A stretch of DNA of 63,413 bases, the filler included, from Neolecta irregularis DAH-3 (lineage: Eukaryota), in assembly GCA_001929475.1 (NCBI GenBank). It is 9 parts of 9 records of this genome, joined end to end, with 100 filler letters (N's around TTAATTAATTAA, not from the genome) between each part and the next. Parts side by side here need not be neighbours in the genome. Positions count along the whole stretch, not along the records: positions 37,629 to 40,820 come from LXFE01003409.1; positions 40,921 to 44,488 come from LXFE01003418.1; positions 44,589 to 45,834 come from LXFE01003425.1; positions 45,935 to 47,706 come from LXFE01003426.1; positions 47,807 to 58,391 come from LXFE01003427.1; 4 more parts are not named here. The stretch is one strand, 5' to 3'. Numbering within the stretch: position 1 is the first letter of the stretch; each line of letters starts with the position of its first letter. Positions 40,102-51,575 of the stretch are shown in pieces. The notes under the pieces were generated by a model. That model worked only from the letters and a program-made list of their open reading frames with translations, ran no database searches and was not told the DNA's origin. The position numbers were made by a program, and so were the translations under genes.

Positions 40102-40704
40102 GAGGGTTTCCAGCCTCTGGCAAGACTAGGGTTATATGAAGAACAAACCGAGAATGGCAGTGCTGCTTAGCTTACTCAATTAGGCTACCAAGAGTGTGTT
40201 TTACAAGCACGGATGTTTAAAGACCAGAAGTGGCAAGAAATAAGGCTTTNNNNNNNNNNGGACTAGGGTTATATGAAGAACAAACCGAGAATGGCAGTGC
40301 TGCTTAGCTTACTCAATTATGCTACCAAGAGTGTGTTTTACAAGCACGGATGTTTAAAGACCAGAAGTGGCAAGAAATAAGGCTTTATTTTCGACACATA
40401 GGGGCCTCAGACTTCTAGAGAGCTTGGGTTTAATTAACTATTGTATATAACAAGCATGTGATAACTTCAATCCAGACCTCATCCGAGTCAGCGCCATCCA
40501 AACTGACACCCTCTAAACCCAACACCTTACCACAAAATATTTGACACAGGTATTTGTCTACGCAATGTTCTATTCAAAGTTTAGCTGCCACCCACTCATG
40601 ATTTTGAGGTGATTTGACATAGGTAATAGGTATATCTCAAACACCCAAGTGCCATTCCAGTTTCATCCATACCTTCTGTTGTTGTACATGATGGTAATGT
40701 TGAA

Positions 40705-40820
40705 TGTAAAGGTATACCGTTTGGTATACCTCACACGCATAACATAGAAAAGGGGTATACATATTTGTATACCTCAAATGCAGGACAAGGGTGAAGCATG
40801 GTTATCGCGCAGGAACGTTG
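40705..40820 (-). repeat. Second copy of the GGTATACC-palindrome repeat
   Basis: Reverse complement matches 22385-22500. Confidence 0.8.
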
Positions 40821-40920
40821 NNNNNNNNNNNNNNNNNNNNNNNNNNNNNNNNNNNNNNNNNNNNTTAATTAATTAANNNNNNNNNNNNNNNNNNNNNNNN
40901 NNNNNNNNNNNNNNNNNNNN

Positions 40921-41086
40921 TATGAGGCAGCGAAATCACGTAAATTTCGCCAAAGCCGAGCGTTCTGTTGCCTGTGAATGTCGAGAGGACTTTGTATGTT
41001 TCAAAGAGCCTTTTTGTCGTAATGAGTGTGACGATACTGAATAATATCGACGAGATTAGAACAAGAAAGTATTTTGAATATGTCAT
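40921..41086 (-). CDS. Glycosyltransferase family 25-like, N-terminal fragment truncated by gap
   Basis: Type II TM anchor followed by GNRTLGFGEIYVISLPH. Confidence 0.65.
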
Positions 41087-41403
41087 AAGATTTACGATGG
41101 TGTAAGCAGCCGAGTGGTTCTTATCAATCAATTCAATTCATCACAGAAGATACCTTGAGTTTTGAGCGAGGATTGGAACTCGGGCAGATTATAAATACCT
41201 TTTGACGTAAAAGGAAATGCCATAAATGCCAATCTAATGAATGCGTCATAGATGTGTTGTGGAATGTAGATATATCCAGCGTGGGATGAGTGATGAGAGA
41301 TAATATCGAGAAGAGATACTAGAAATAGATACTACTATGTATAGATACAATAGGATAACGTGTTTTACATATTGGTCTTTCATATATTGACCGGCAAGCA
41401 TAC

Positions 41404-42230
41404 TTAACGAAAATCTGAATTTTTCTTTGTGCGGCCATTTGTACAGCAACCACTAATAGCAAACCCGATAAACGCCAATAGATTGGCGGCAGCAGCCACC
41501 CACGTCAGGGCAAAGATTGAATGGCCTAGAGTGGAGGGAACGTTTAGTAGTTGAATCTGATTATTAAAGGCGTTTCTAGAACATTAGATGATGAAAAAGA
41601 AGCAAGGACCTTATTATGATAAACATGACTTGAGCTATAGCCGAGGCAACGACAGTAAAACAAGTAGCGAGCTGAGAGTAAGTGAGGGTAGCATGTCGGG
41701 CATACCAAGGCGGTAAGAACCGCAAACAGACTTGCAATACGACTAACCAGAGCAGCCATTCCGATCAAGGCCGTTGTTCCCGTAGCCACGACGGCGACAA
41801 AATAGCAAGCAAACATCCATCTACTAGCTACGCGGACATTTTCAATATCTTGTTGAACCGAGGAGGGAACGGTGATTGTATACCCCTTTAAAACCTGCTG
41901 TTGGAAAATGTCGATGGGGTTAAAGTTGTAGAAGGCGTGTGGATCAGAACAAGTAATCGTGTTGCTAATGAGATCTCCTTGACAATACCCCCACAAGCCG
42001 ACAGTATAAAAATCGTGTAGACCGATGGACCTTGCGATGGTGGATACACTCACAGAGGCCGGGGCCTTGGTGGCGACGATATTTGTGGTATTTACGCGGA
42101 GAAAGTAGATGTTGTGCGAGGGATTGGAGGGCTTGGTATCCCCGACCATGACAAAAACCAGACAAATGGTAGCAAGGACGCTCATGACAAGAGGGAGCAA
42201 AGTAAAGACGGTGCGGACGACGGAAACCAT
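41404..42230 (-). CDS. SUR7/PalI family tetraspan membrane protein
   Basis: NIYFLRVNTT, GLHDFYTVGLWGYCQG..CS.P..YNFNP claudin-like motif; C-terminal GCC after the last TM. Confidence 0.88.
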
Positions 42231-42417
42231 GTTGACGGATTATGGAGGGGTCAAAATATAGACACCCAGATATATATTTAGCGCCTTGGCGAATCAGCCT
42301 CTGGATTAAACAGGCACAATGAGACAGATGACGAACCTGACAGGACGACCTGCCAGATGCTGCATTAGAACATTGACGGAATAGTAGACACGTTTCAGAT
42401 GACGATCCTGTGACAGT

Positions 42418-42585
42418 AGATGCAATTTGACTACATCATGAAGTATACAGCTAGATGAATTTGACTACATCATGAAGTATACAGCTAGATGAATTTGACT
42501 ACATCATGAAGTATACAGCTAGATGAATTTGACTACATCATGACACAGCTAGATGAATTTGACTACATCATGACACAGCTAGATG
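42418..42585 (+). repeat. Minisatellite, about 5 copies of a 34/29-bp unit (AGATGAATTTGACTACATCATGAAGTATACAGCT)
   Basis: Direct inspection; abuts the NIT3 stop codon. Confidence 0.95.
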
Positions 42586-43616
42586 CTATTTAATCTTGCT
42601 ACATCAGGGTACACGTCGAAGCGACGTTGAGTAGTGACTGGAATGGCCGTTCTTATTTCGCGGATCTTGTCGATATCCAAGTGTGCGTAGACAATTTCTT
42701 CGTCCTGGCCAGCCTGTGCGATTACGACGCCATTTGGATCGACGACGATGGAGTGTCCGTATGCGTGGTATGAAGCAGTCATGTCGCGGGCGGGAGAACA
42801 CATTGCTACGTACATCTGATTATCGAGTGCGCGGGCTCTGGCTAGGAGATCCCAGTGGAGCGGACCGGTGGTCAGGTTGAATGCGCCGGGGTATATCATT
42901 GCGCAGCACCCGTGTCTAAGGATAAGAAGGGTATGAACAAGGGCTACCGGGCGGCGATCTGGGCCATTTCAGGGAATCTGACGTCGTAGCTAGAATGAGA
43001 AGGGGAGTGCAGGGGAATACCAGATGCCGACACCTATTCTGCCGAATTCAGTGTTGAATTCTGTTAATTTGTCGCCTGGGGAGAGGACTTTTGATTCGCA
43101 AAAGGAGATTTCTCCGGGGACGTTTATGTCAAAGAGATGTAATTTGCGGTGGATGGCGAGGAGCTCGCCGGTGGGAGAGAAGGAGAGGCAGGTGTTGTAG
43201 AATTTTCCGCTTTTGCGTTCGGGGAAGGAACCGCCGATGAGATAGACTTTAGATTCCTGGTGTTAGCAGATTAAGGGGCGAGATACCCTTGCGACTCTGC
43301 TCAGGGCGATAAAGGTGCGCTGAGGGGGGGTTACTGTTTCAGCGTAGGTTTCGAAGAATTGGGTTCCGTATGGGGAATTGAAGCATTCTGGCAGGACGAC
43401 GAGCCTTGCGCCGTGCTGGGCGGCCTCTCTGACTCGCTGGCACGCGCGATCGAGGGCAGCAGCTTTATCAGCCGAGGGCGGCAATTGCACCAAAGCAAGC
43501 ATAAAACGGCGCTGCATGGTGTCAACTCTCAACTCGGTGTTCTTGCGGTTCTGTGGCGGTGTCAACTCGGTGTCCTTGCGGTTCTGTGGCGGTGTCTGTG
43601 GCGGTGTCGTCTGCAT
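42579..43616 (-). CDS. NIT3: Omega-amidase / nitrilase family
   Basis: LVVLPECFNSPYG, HRKLHLFDI, GIC|YDVRFPE, YPGAFNLTTGPLHWDLLARARALDNQ; start may be 43517. Confidence 0.92.
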
Positions 43617-43644
43617 GGCGGTTAAATTTATTTCTTCAAAACCG

Positions 43645-43762
43645 CGACAGACAGCGACAAAGAACAACCAAGACGACAGAGAGCGACAAAGAACAACCAA
43701 GACGACAGAGAGCGACAAAGAACCAAGACGACAGAGAGCGACAAAGAACCAAGACGACAGAC
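43645..43762 (+). repeat. About 4 copies of a 26-29-bp unit (AAGAACCAAGACGACAGAGAGCGACA) between the divergent NIT3 and UTP4 genes
   Basis: Direct inspection. Confidence 0.9.
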
Positions 43763-43773
43763 ATACAAATACA

Positions 43774-44488
43774 ATGACAGAGGAAGACTACAAAACAATA
43801 CCGGACAAGGCTGTGCGAGTACACCGGTGCCGGTTTGTGCGGCACTCGCCTGCAGCGGTGGCATCGCTTGCGTGCACTGAGACGGGGTCGCTGATCGCTG
43901 TGGGGCGTGCGAACGGCGACACGGAGGTGTGGAACGGGCAGGGGGTGCAGGTGTCTACGTGCCGCGGCGGGACCGGGCGGGCGGCGGAGGCAGCGGTGTG
44001 GGTGCAGCAGCGGCTGTTTACCAGCGGCGGCTCTGCGACGGTGACGGAGTGGGATGCGCTCAGCGGCTGCATCCAGCGCCAGGCACCCGTCCACGCGGGG
44101 GCGATATGGGCGCTGTGTGCGGATCCCGCGGGCACAGCGATAGCCGCGGCCTGCCAAGACGGTGCAGTGGTGCTATTGTCTTTGACCGAGACTGAGACCG
44201 AGTTCGAGACCGAGTTCAAGTTACAGTCACAGTCAAAGTCACAGCCACACCTCGAATACGCATCGACGCTGCAGCGCTCCAGCGCACCCATCCTCAGCAT
44301 CGACTGGCACGGCGGGCGCATTGCGGCAGGCTGTGCCGACGGGTGCATCCGCGTGTGGGAGGCGGCGACGGGGCGGCTGCTGGCGACGATGCTGGCGGCC
44401 AAGCACACGCTGGTGTGGGCTGTCAAGTGGGTGCCAATATCATCGATATCGACCGACATATCGACCGACATATCGACCGACATATCGA
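43774..44488 (+). CDS. UTP4: U3 snoRNA-associated WD40 protein Utp4, 3' truncated by gap
   Basis: VHRCRFV..IAVGRANGDTEVWN, RLFTSGGSATVTEWD, GCADGCIRVW. Confidence 0.88.
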
Positions 44489-44689
44489 NNNNNNNNNNNN
44501 NNNNNNNNNNNNNNNNNNNNNNNNNNNNNNNNTTAATTAATTAANNNNNNNNNNNNNNNNNNNNNNNNNNNNNNNNNNNNNNNNNNNNTATTGGGATCGT
44601 CCATATTATACCGAGTTCAGTAAGTTTCGGTAACTTCGCATAACTCGGTTAGTCATTATATCGCATCCGAGTTATCTCGCCTACACAGT

Positions 44690-45834
44690 TTAGCCCATCC
44701 TTCCCGTCCCTCCCACTACTCCAGTTCCGACTGTCCTCCCGCTGCTCCTGTTCGGCCCGCCCCTCCCGCCGCTCCGATTCCACCCATCGCTTCCACCACT
44801 CCCATTCTGCCCATCCATCCCGCCACTCCCGTTCCGCCCATCCTTCCAGTCCCTCCCATCAATCCAGTTCCAACTGTCCTCCTGCCGCTCCTGTTCGGCC
44901 CGCCCCTCCCACCTCTCCCATTCCACCGATCGCTCCCACCACTCCCTTTCCGCCCATCCCTCCCGTCTCTCCAGTTCTGCCTATTCCTCCCGCCGCTCCC
45001 GTTCCGCCTAACCCTCCCGCCACTCCCGTTCTGCCTGTCCCTCCCACCTCTCCCGTTCCACCTGTCCCTCCCGCCGCTCAGTTCCGCCTGCCGCTCCGTT
45101 CCATCTGCTGCTCCATTCCGTCTGCTGCTCCGTTCCGCCCGACGCTCAATTCCTCCTGCCACTCTGTTCCGCCCGTCGCTCCGTTCTGTCTGCCGCTCCC
45201 GTTCCGCCCACCGCTAAGTTCCGTCTGCTGCTCCATTCTGTCTGCCGCTCCCGTTCCGCCCACCACTCCTATTCTGCCCTCCCAGCCGCTCCCGTTCCGC
45301 CCGCCGCTCACCCTATCCCTCCTGCCTCTCCCATTCCGCCTGTCCCTCCAGCTGCTCCTGTTCCTCCTGTCCCACTCCCCACTCCCGTTCCGCCAAACCT
45401 TCTCGTCCCTCCCGCTGCTCCCATTCCACCCATTGCTCCCACCGCTCCAGCTGCTCCCATCGCTCCCGCCGCTCCCGCCGCTCCTATCGCTCCAGCCTCT
45501 CCTGTTCCGCCAATTCCGCCCGCCCCTCCCACCTCTCCTGTTCCACCCGCCTTCCTCGTCCCGCCCATCTTGCCAGTCCTGCTCGTTTCGCCCATCTTGC
45601 CCGTCCTGCTCGTCCCGTCCACCCCGCTCGTCCCACCAGGCTTACGCATCCCGCCCGACTTGCTTGTCCCATTCCGCCTGCCCCTCCCACCTCTCCCGTT
45701 CCGCCTGCCCCTCCCACCTCTCCCGCTACCTATCACTCCCGCCTCTCCCGTTCCGCCTATTCCGCCTACCCCTCCCACCTCTCCCATTCCGCCCGCCTTC
45801 CTTGTCCCACCCGTCTTGCCAGTCCTGCTCGTCC
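44690..45834 (+). repeat. Degenerate C-rich low-complexity array (CCCGTTCCGCC-like units)
   Basis: Strong pyrimidine skew; overlapping Pro-rich and Gly-rich ORFs on both strands. Confidence 0.85.
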
Positions 45835-45934
45835 NNNNNNNNNNNNNNNNNNNNNNNNNNNNNNNNNNNNNNNNNNNNTTAATTAATTAANNNNNNNNNN
45901 NNNNNNNNNNNNNNNNNNNNNNNNNNNNNNNNNN

Positions 45935-46804
45935 CGGGATAGTAGCCTGATATTCAGGGAGCGAAAGAGTAAAACTATAAGTCTTGTTATTCGTCCTCAT
46001 AAACTCAAACACATCGCTATTGTCGTCAGCGCAAATTGATGCAAAGAACACACTAGTCGATCGTACAGGTGAATTTAATACCAGGCTCAACTCGCCAGTA
46101 CCAATCGTATTTCAGAGTCAACTCGTGGCGCCAAAAGAATCCAGAGTTGTATCGACACATGTGTCTATCGAATCAGTTGTGTAACGGGAGAATTTACCGG
46201 TATGACAAGGAATCACCATAAATTACATTATCATCATGCATTTGTTTCATTGCTTTTTGAACTCGATCCATATCAATATGATCGGGCACACTCCAATGCT
46301 CTCGGGGAATCAACCCTTGAATAAGACGAGCTCATAGGGTCCGAGTACCGTATTCTACGTTGCCGTTTGCCATTCCACTAGTGTATTTTATAAAGTCTTT
46401 GGTAAAGGGCTCGTCGTTGAGGAAGACCCACGGATAGTGAAACTTGTGGTTGAAGCGGTCTTCAATCTGCCGTATGGAACTCAAGGCATCGTCAAGTTCA
46501 CGGTTTCTGAATATCAGTAATTACGGCAGAAAAATCAAACGTCCCTGACAAGCATGACAAACGTTGCATTCTCCCTCCCAACAGTTTTTCCAAGAGGCTT
46601 TCCAAACTGAGGTTTCACGGTTGGCACAACATTCTTTATGACAAAAGTAGCTGGCCGTTTCAAAGGCGAGAACCAAAAGAACAAGCAGAGTGCGCCAAAA
46701 ATAAGCCCAAAGACGACTTGAAATAGCTTCCTCCGCGATTGAGGTCGCTTGGCGTAGCGGTACTTTTCAAAAGGATTGTCGCTGTAATCGCGGTAAGAAG
46801 GCAT
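45935..46804 (-). CDS. KRE2/KTR alpha-1,2-mannosyltransferase (GT15), 3' truncated by gap
   Basis: [57 protein letters not shown]. Confidence 0.93.
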
Positions 46805-46879
46805 GAAGGAGAAACTATCTCGAAAGGTAAAATACTCGCCAACAACAACATTTATTTTCAAATACATAAAACTCGTTCT

Positions 46880-47590
46880 AGTATATTCCGCTTCAACCTC
46901 TTTCTCGGAATATTCCACCGCGGAAAATTGGAGTACGCGACGTGACCTGGACGCGATTTCAACTTCACTCCAGATATCCAAATGCAATATCCCGTCTAAT
47001 GGCGACATGGCTAGCTCTCCCTCAAGAGGGTCGACCATTACCCACGTCTCCGACTCAGAGGACGACTCGAGAAATCACTCCAGTTCAGATATTGATGAAG
47101 AATTGAACTCTCAACTACCTGGACGAAATCTGAATGGATGGAGGAAAATGGTCTGTGGAGACAGCAAGCGAAATAAATCTGGCAATTTCTCAAGAGCGGA
47201 TATCCATTCATCGACAAACGTTTCTCCACGATTCTCTATAAATACGAGTGAAACCATTGCTCGAATCCCCCCGTCTTATAGTACCGACTCTTCAATATGC
47301 CCACATTCATCTTTTGAAACGCCGTCCGCACAAAGTCGCAGAACTTTATCTGGCGGCTCAATTTTATCCAGGACACCCCTTTCCGCAAACTCCAAAATTT
47401 CAAGCTCGCCAAATTGTAAGACATGTATTTGGTTAAATTGATGCATAGTGCCCACACACGACCTCGACGAATCGCTACCAATGAAATTCTGCAAGTCTTT
47501 TAACGCGGGGTTTTCAACGGCAACTAGTCCTCTTCGAAACTTGGTCTTGTCAAACGCATCCTCGACATTTATTCCTGTGCCTGAAGATGA
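46880..47590 (-). CDS. Unidentified multi-exon coding fragment, 5' lost in gap
   Basis: Consecutive open segments separated by GT..AG intron-like stretches; no family recognised; ends uncertain. Confidence 0.35.
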
Positions 47591-48471
47591 NNNNNNNNNN
47601 GAACTCAAACACATCGCTATTGTCGTCAGCGCAAATTGAGGCAAAGAACACACTAGTCGATCGTACAGGTGAATTTAATACCAGGCTCAACTCGCCAGTA
47701 CCAATCNNNNNNNNNNNNNNNNNNNNNNNNNNNNNNNNNNNNNNNNNNNNTTAATTAATTAANNNNNNNNNNNNNNNNNNNNNNNNNNNNNNNNNNNNNN
47801 NNNNNNGAATAACGCCCGATGGCACGCTTTGGGATGCGCTTCTTGATGGAGCTGCAAATCTTCCCGATAAGATTGCTCTCGAACAGACATGGACTAAGAT
47901 GCTCAAGGCCGGCGTAGAACCAACCTGCATTACTTGTACCACGATGATCAAGGGTTGGTTTGCCTGTGGCGAAGTCAATGCTGCTCTGTCACTATTTCAG
48001 AAAATGAATNNNNNNNNNNTAGGATCAATAATTTTAGCAGCTTATTACTACCTCATTCTCAACCTTCCTCACCAGTAAAGTCATCGTCGCTTCACCCATT
48101 CTCTCTCTTATTATCGTCATCAGCCATCCCCATTATATGCATGCCCGACTGTCGTTACTTGTGCACTAAGTCCGGCATCTCGGGATTCCGAGTTCAACCT
48201 GCCATTCAACCTAGATCATAGTCCCATCAGGCTAAGAAAGGGGGCACGGTTCGCTAGGCCAATGAAATTAGTCTATGCGAACCTCCTTGTTTTGGTTTTT
48301 CTACTTTTCTTTTACCGCATGTGTTCTGCGGACCGGAGAGACGGTTGGACAGTTCTTCCCTTCTAGACAGTCTTTTCGAATAGGGCCGTGACACCCTGGC
48401 ACAATACAAGTGATGGGCAACGTGGATGGATATATAAACCCTTTTACCAACCCTTTGGTTTCTTCTGCACT

Positions 48472-49114
48472 ATGGTCGTCAGTGCCATTCTAGTAATTCT
48501 CTCTACAACACTGTTTGCTTTGAATGATGCAAGGGTATTAAATGGACGTCAATCATCCTCTTCTGCACCTTGTGCTATCGTTACATTCCCTCAGGTTGGT
48601 ACGGCGCAGGAGATTAATGGATACATCTCGTTCGCTCAATCTTCTGACGGGGTCCACGTAGAAGTCAATCTAGACAATCTACCATTGGAAGTAGGAGGAC
48701 TTCTCCGCTATCATAGTATGTGTATTGGAATTACCCAGCTAATCTCTTGTACATGAAAAGGCTGTCGCCTCCGACTGCAAGTCTGCGGGCAAGCATTTTG
48801 ATCCTGAGAATGTGGGAGTCGCTAAACCATGTAATTGGCTTGCCCCAAGTACCTGCCAATATGGCGACATGGCTGGAAAATATGACGATTTAAGGCGATC
48901 CAATGTCAATATATTCTATGTGGATCCATTTCTTTCACTCTACCCCGAGTCCAAGGGCTACTTTGGAGGTTTAAGCGTGGTCATTCATCCCGGTGATGAC
49001 ACACGAATTGCATGCGGAAAGTAAATATTCTCAAAGTACATCCATGCATACATTAACATTTTTAGTATCATTCCCACCAGCTGTTCCGATATAAAAATCT
49101 GTCCTCAAACTTGA
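48472..49114 (+). CDS. Secreted Cu-only superoxide dismutase (Sod5-like)
   Basis: Signal peptide; YH|IHEK, C.SAGKHFDP, CQYGDMAGKY, YVDPFLSL, SVVIH..TRIACGN; intron 1 needs a TG acceptor. Confidence 0.85.
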
Positions 49115-49367
49115 ATTGGTTAGGTAACCTGTTCTTGAATCAATGTCATTACCTGAAGAGTGGGCTTGATCCTCCGGATTTCTGGGGAGTCGGCGCATTC
49201 AAATAGCCTGTTTCTCCTTCCAATTGTCTATCCATTTAATTATCTGATGTTCTCTATTCTGCAATTTTGCTATTCTATCGGACTGTAATTAGCTGGTCAA
49301 TTGTCCATATAATAATGAAAAGGTAGAAAGAAGCAAAATGTCGAGCGTCATTTAAAATGAAAATGCT

Positions 49368-49449
49368 CTCTCCGGCCGGGAATTGAACCCGGGTCATTCG
49401 CGATTCTGTCAATGACAGGCGAATATACTCACCACTATACTACCGAAGA
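49368..49449 (-). tRNA. tRNA-Asp(GTC) with 10-nt intron
   Basis: TCTTCGG/CCGGAGA acceptor stem, TAGTATAGTGG D-arm, CTGTCA anticodon loop, intron TTGACAGAAT, GGTTCAATTCC T-loop. Confidence 0.95.
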
Positions 49450-49648
49450 CGGTCTAATTAAACGGGGAATATAATACATTATAAACTTAAACAGAGTCTG
49501 ATGATTCTTGGGCAGTATTTCAACTTCAGAATTATCGCTCTGAGTACCATCTGAAATTTCCAACCAGGTTTGGAAGCTGCCTGACCAACCCTTTGTGTCA
49601 CATGGCTCTGGTATTGGGATAGTCCCATTGAACGTGACAAGATCGTGC

Positions 49649-51367
49649 ATGGCCAATCTTACTAGCTGCTCCTGGCATCTCCTTCCCGCAAATTCAATTT
49701 ATCTTTATCAGCTAAATTACACCACGTGGTCATATTCCTTGAGAGTAACCGATCTAAGACAGACTTGGATTGAAGAGTTGGGGAGTGACGCCATCAGGGC
49801 TCGAGCAAAGGTACCAAAGCCAGTATTTCCAACAGCTTAGATACCAGACAGAACAATGTGTTTATGATTACTCTACATCCTCTAATCTGGCTCAACTCAT
49901 CGTCCTGGTATTGGATGCACTGAAAGGTGGGGAAAGTACTAAGCTCCAAGTTCGCCATGAAAGAGAGCAGGCACGGCTTCTTTCAACTCCGTTACTTGAT
50001 AAGGGGTAGATGGAAATATTCACATCGACACTTATTGCGGACAAACTTCGAGCTGAATGGTCCTTCCGTCTCTCTCAGGAGCCTCTGGAGGTCGTTCAGA
50101 AATACCTTACCATTCCACTGGTGGCCCTGATACGGCAACAACGCCAAAGTATCAATCACTTGAGACAACTCCTCGAAGATAAGGATTATCATTTGCAAGA
50201 AATCAACACTCAGCTTAAAAATAGCAGCAACGACAGCTACAAACCTCGAAGTCTGGAACTTGCTCAATGGTCGAAATCTGACATCCAGAAAAGAAAGCTA
50301 GTTTCGAGAAATTTGATTATGTCACTTGGCAGGAAACAGAAAAAGATCTCGCCAAGGTGAGTCTGAAGAGGATTTTCACAGATTTCGTTGAAGAAGAACA
50401 AAGTCTTTGGACAGAATCTATAAAATCTATTAAAGATCTCGACACTTTTGGTATGTCAGATATTCAGTCATCATGCTCACGTAGGGTTAGCAATGAACGT
50501 TGAAGCCTCGAGGAATGTTACACCGCCCCCTAAATCAAGGATATATATTTCCACTGTAGGCTCCGTGATACCACACTATTAACGACTCTAAGAGTATTGT
50601 GAAGCCGTCGCCCGCCAGAAAGACCAAGAAACTGGAAGTGGAGATTGACGATTTCATTGTATTGTTGCTGCATTTTTGTCACTGATGTTGGAGACAGTTC
50701 ATGAAAATGCCACAGGTCAAGACACTCAAAAACCTTTCTTCAAAGAGTCTTCTTCGAGACTCAAACAGGGAGTAGATCACCTCTATGACGAGCTCCTTTA
50801 TTCTGATATAATAGAGTTATTCAGAGCAAGACATTTCGACAAACTTTCAGTCGCAACATGTCACCAAAGGATCCTCACAAAGACAAAATCTCGTACAAAA
50901 ATCACCGAGCCATTTTGCACCCAGCCCACAGCATGGCAGAACAGATGCTATCAGCGTAAATGTGAATAACAGAACTGTGTCATTGATCTTATTTAGTCAA
51001 CTGATAGCGAAGATGACGTTGCATCGAAAACCAACATGCAAGATAGTATTCCCTCGCCATTTCCGTTTTTGGAATCCAATGTCTCTTTTCCACCTTTGCA
51101 GCTGTCCAGTAACGACGGAGAACAATTTGAGACATCTCCTCGTAAATTCCAGGCGAGTTTACCTTCGATTGATGCAGAAAAAGGTCTCATGAAAAACAGC
51201 AATGTATCCTCAGCTTAAAAACAAATGTTAACAAATTTTAGGCGCAAGTACATAAAAGAGCAGCTGATCCAGAAAGCGACACTGGTCGACGAAAGAGGAA
51301 GCAAATGGAACTGGAAGACATGCTGAAAAGGAAATCTCAAAAATTGCAAAGGCCGCGAAAGCTTTGA
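49649..51367 (+). CDS. xlf1: XLF/Nej1 non-homologous end-joining factor, multi-exon
   Basis: YSLRVTDLRQTWIEEL..AIRARA head domain, WSFRL, LTIPL..LLEDKDYHL coiled coil, basic C-terminus RPRKL. Confidence 0.72.
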
Positions 51368-51575
51368 TCCCTTCATTAATGAATTATTTGCAACACTGCT
51401 TGAGAAATATATATAGTGAACGTTGTTGAATTGTACTGTACCACACTATGCAGGTGCTAGTAACAGAAGGTGGCGAAATATGAACTAAGGGCAAGGATAT
51501 GTTGACCCAGGTGGTTTGGTGGAAGTGCTTAAAATTGCAAGTCGTCACAAAGCGTTGAAAAGTGTCGCGTACCAC

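Noticed and set aside
40123-40386. Direct repeat of about 125 bp on both sides of a 10-N gap
   Set aside because: Most likely an unmerged contig overlap
42418-42585. CRISPR-like appearance of short repeats (also 23615-23925 and 43645-43762)
   Set aside because: No unique spacers, eukaryotic context and no cas genes
47601-47706. Duplicate of a KTR gene segment (46002-46107)
   Set aside because: Tiny gap-bounded piece with about 1 difference; haplotype or assembly debris
47807-48009. Duplicate of the PPR gene interior
   Set aside because: Gap-bounded with 4 mostly synonymous differences; probably an alternative haplotype or paralog fragment, used only as a control
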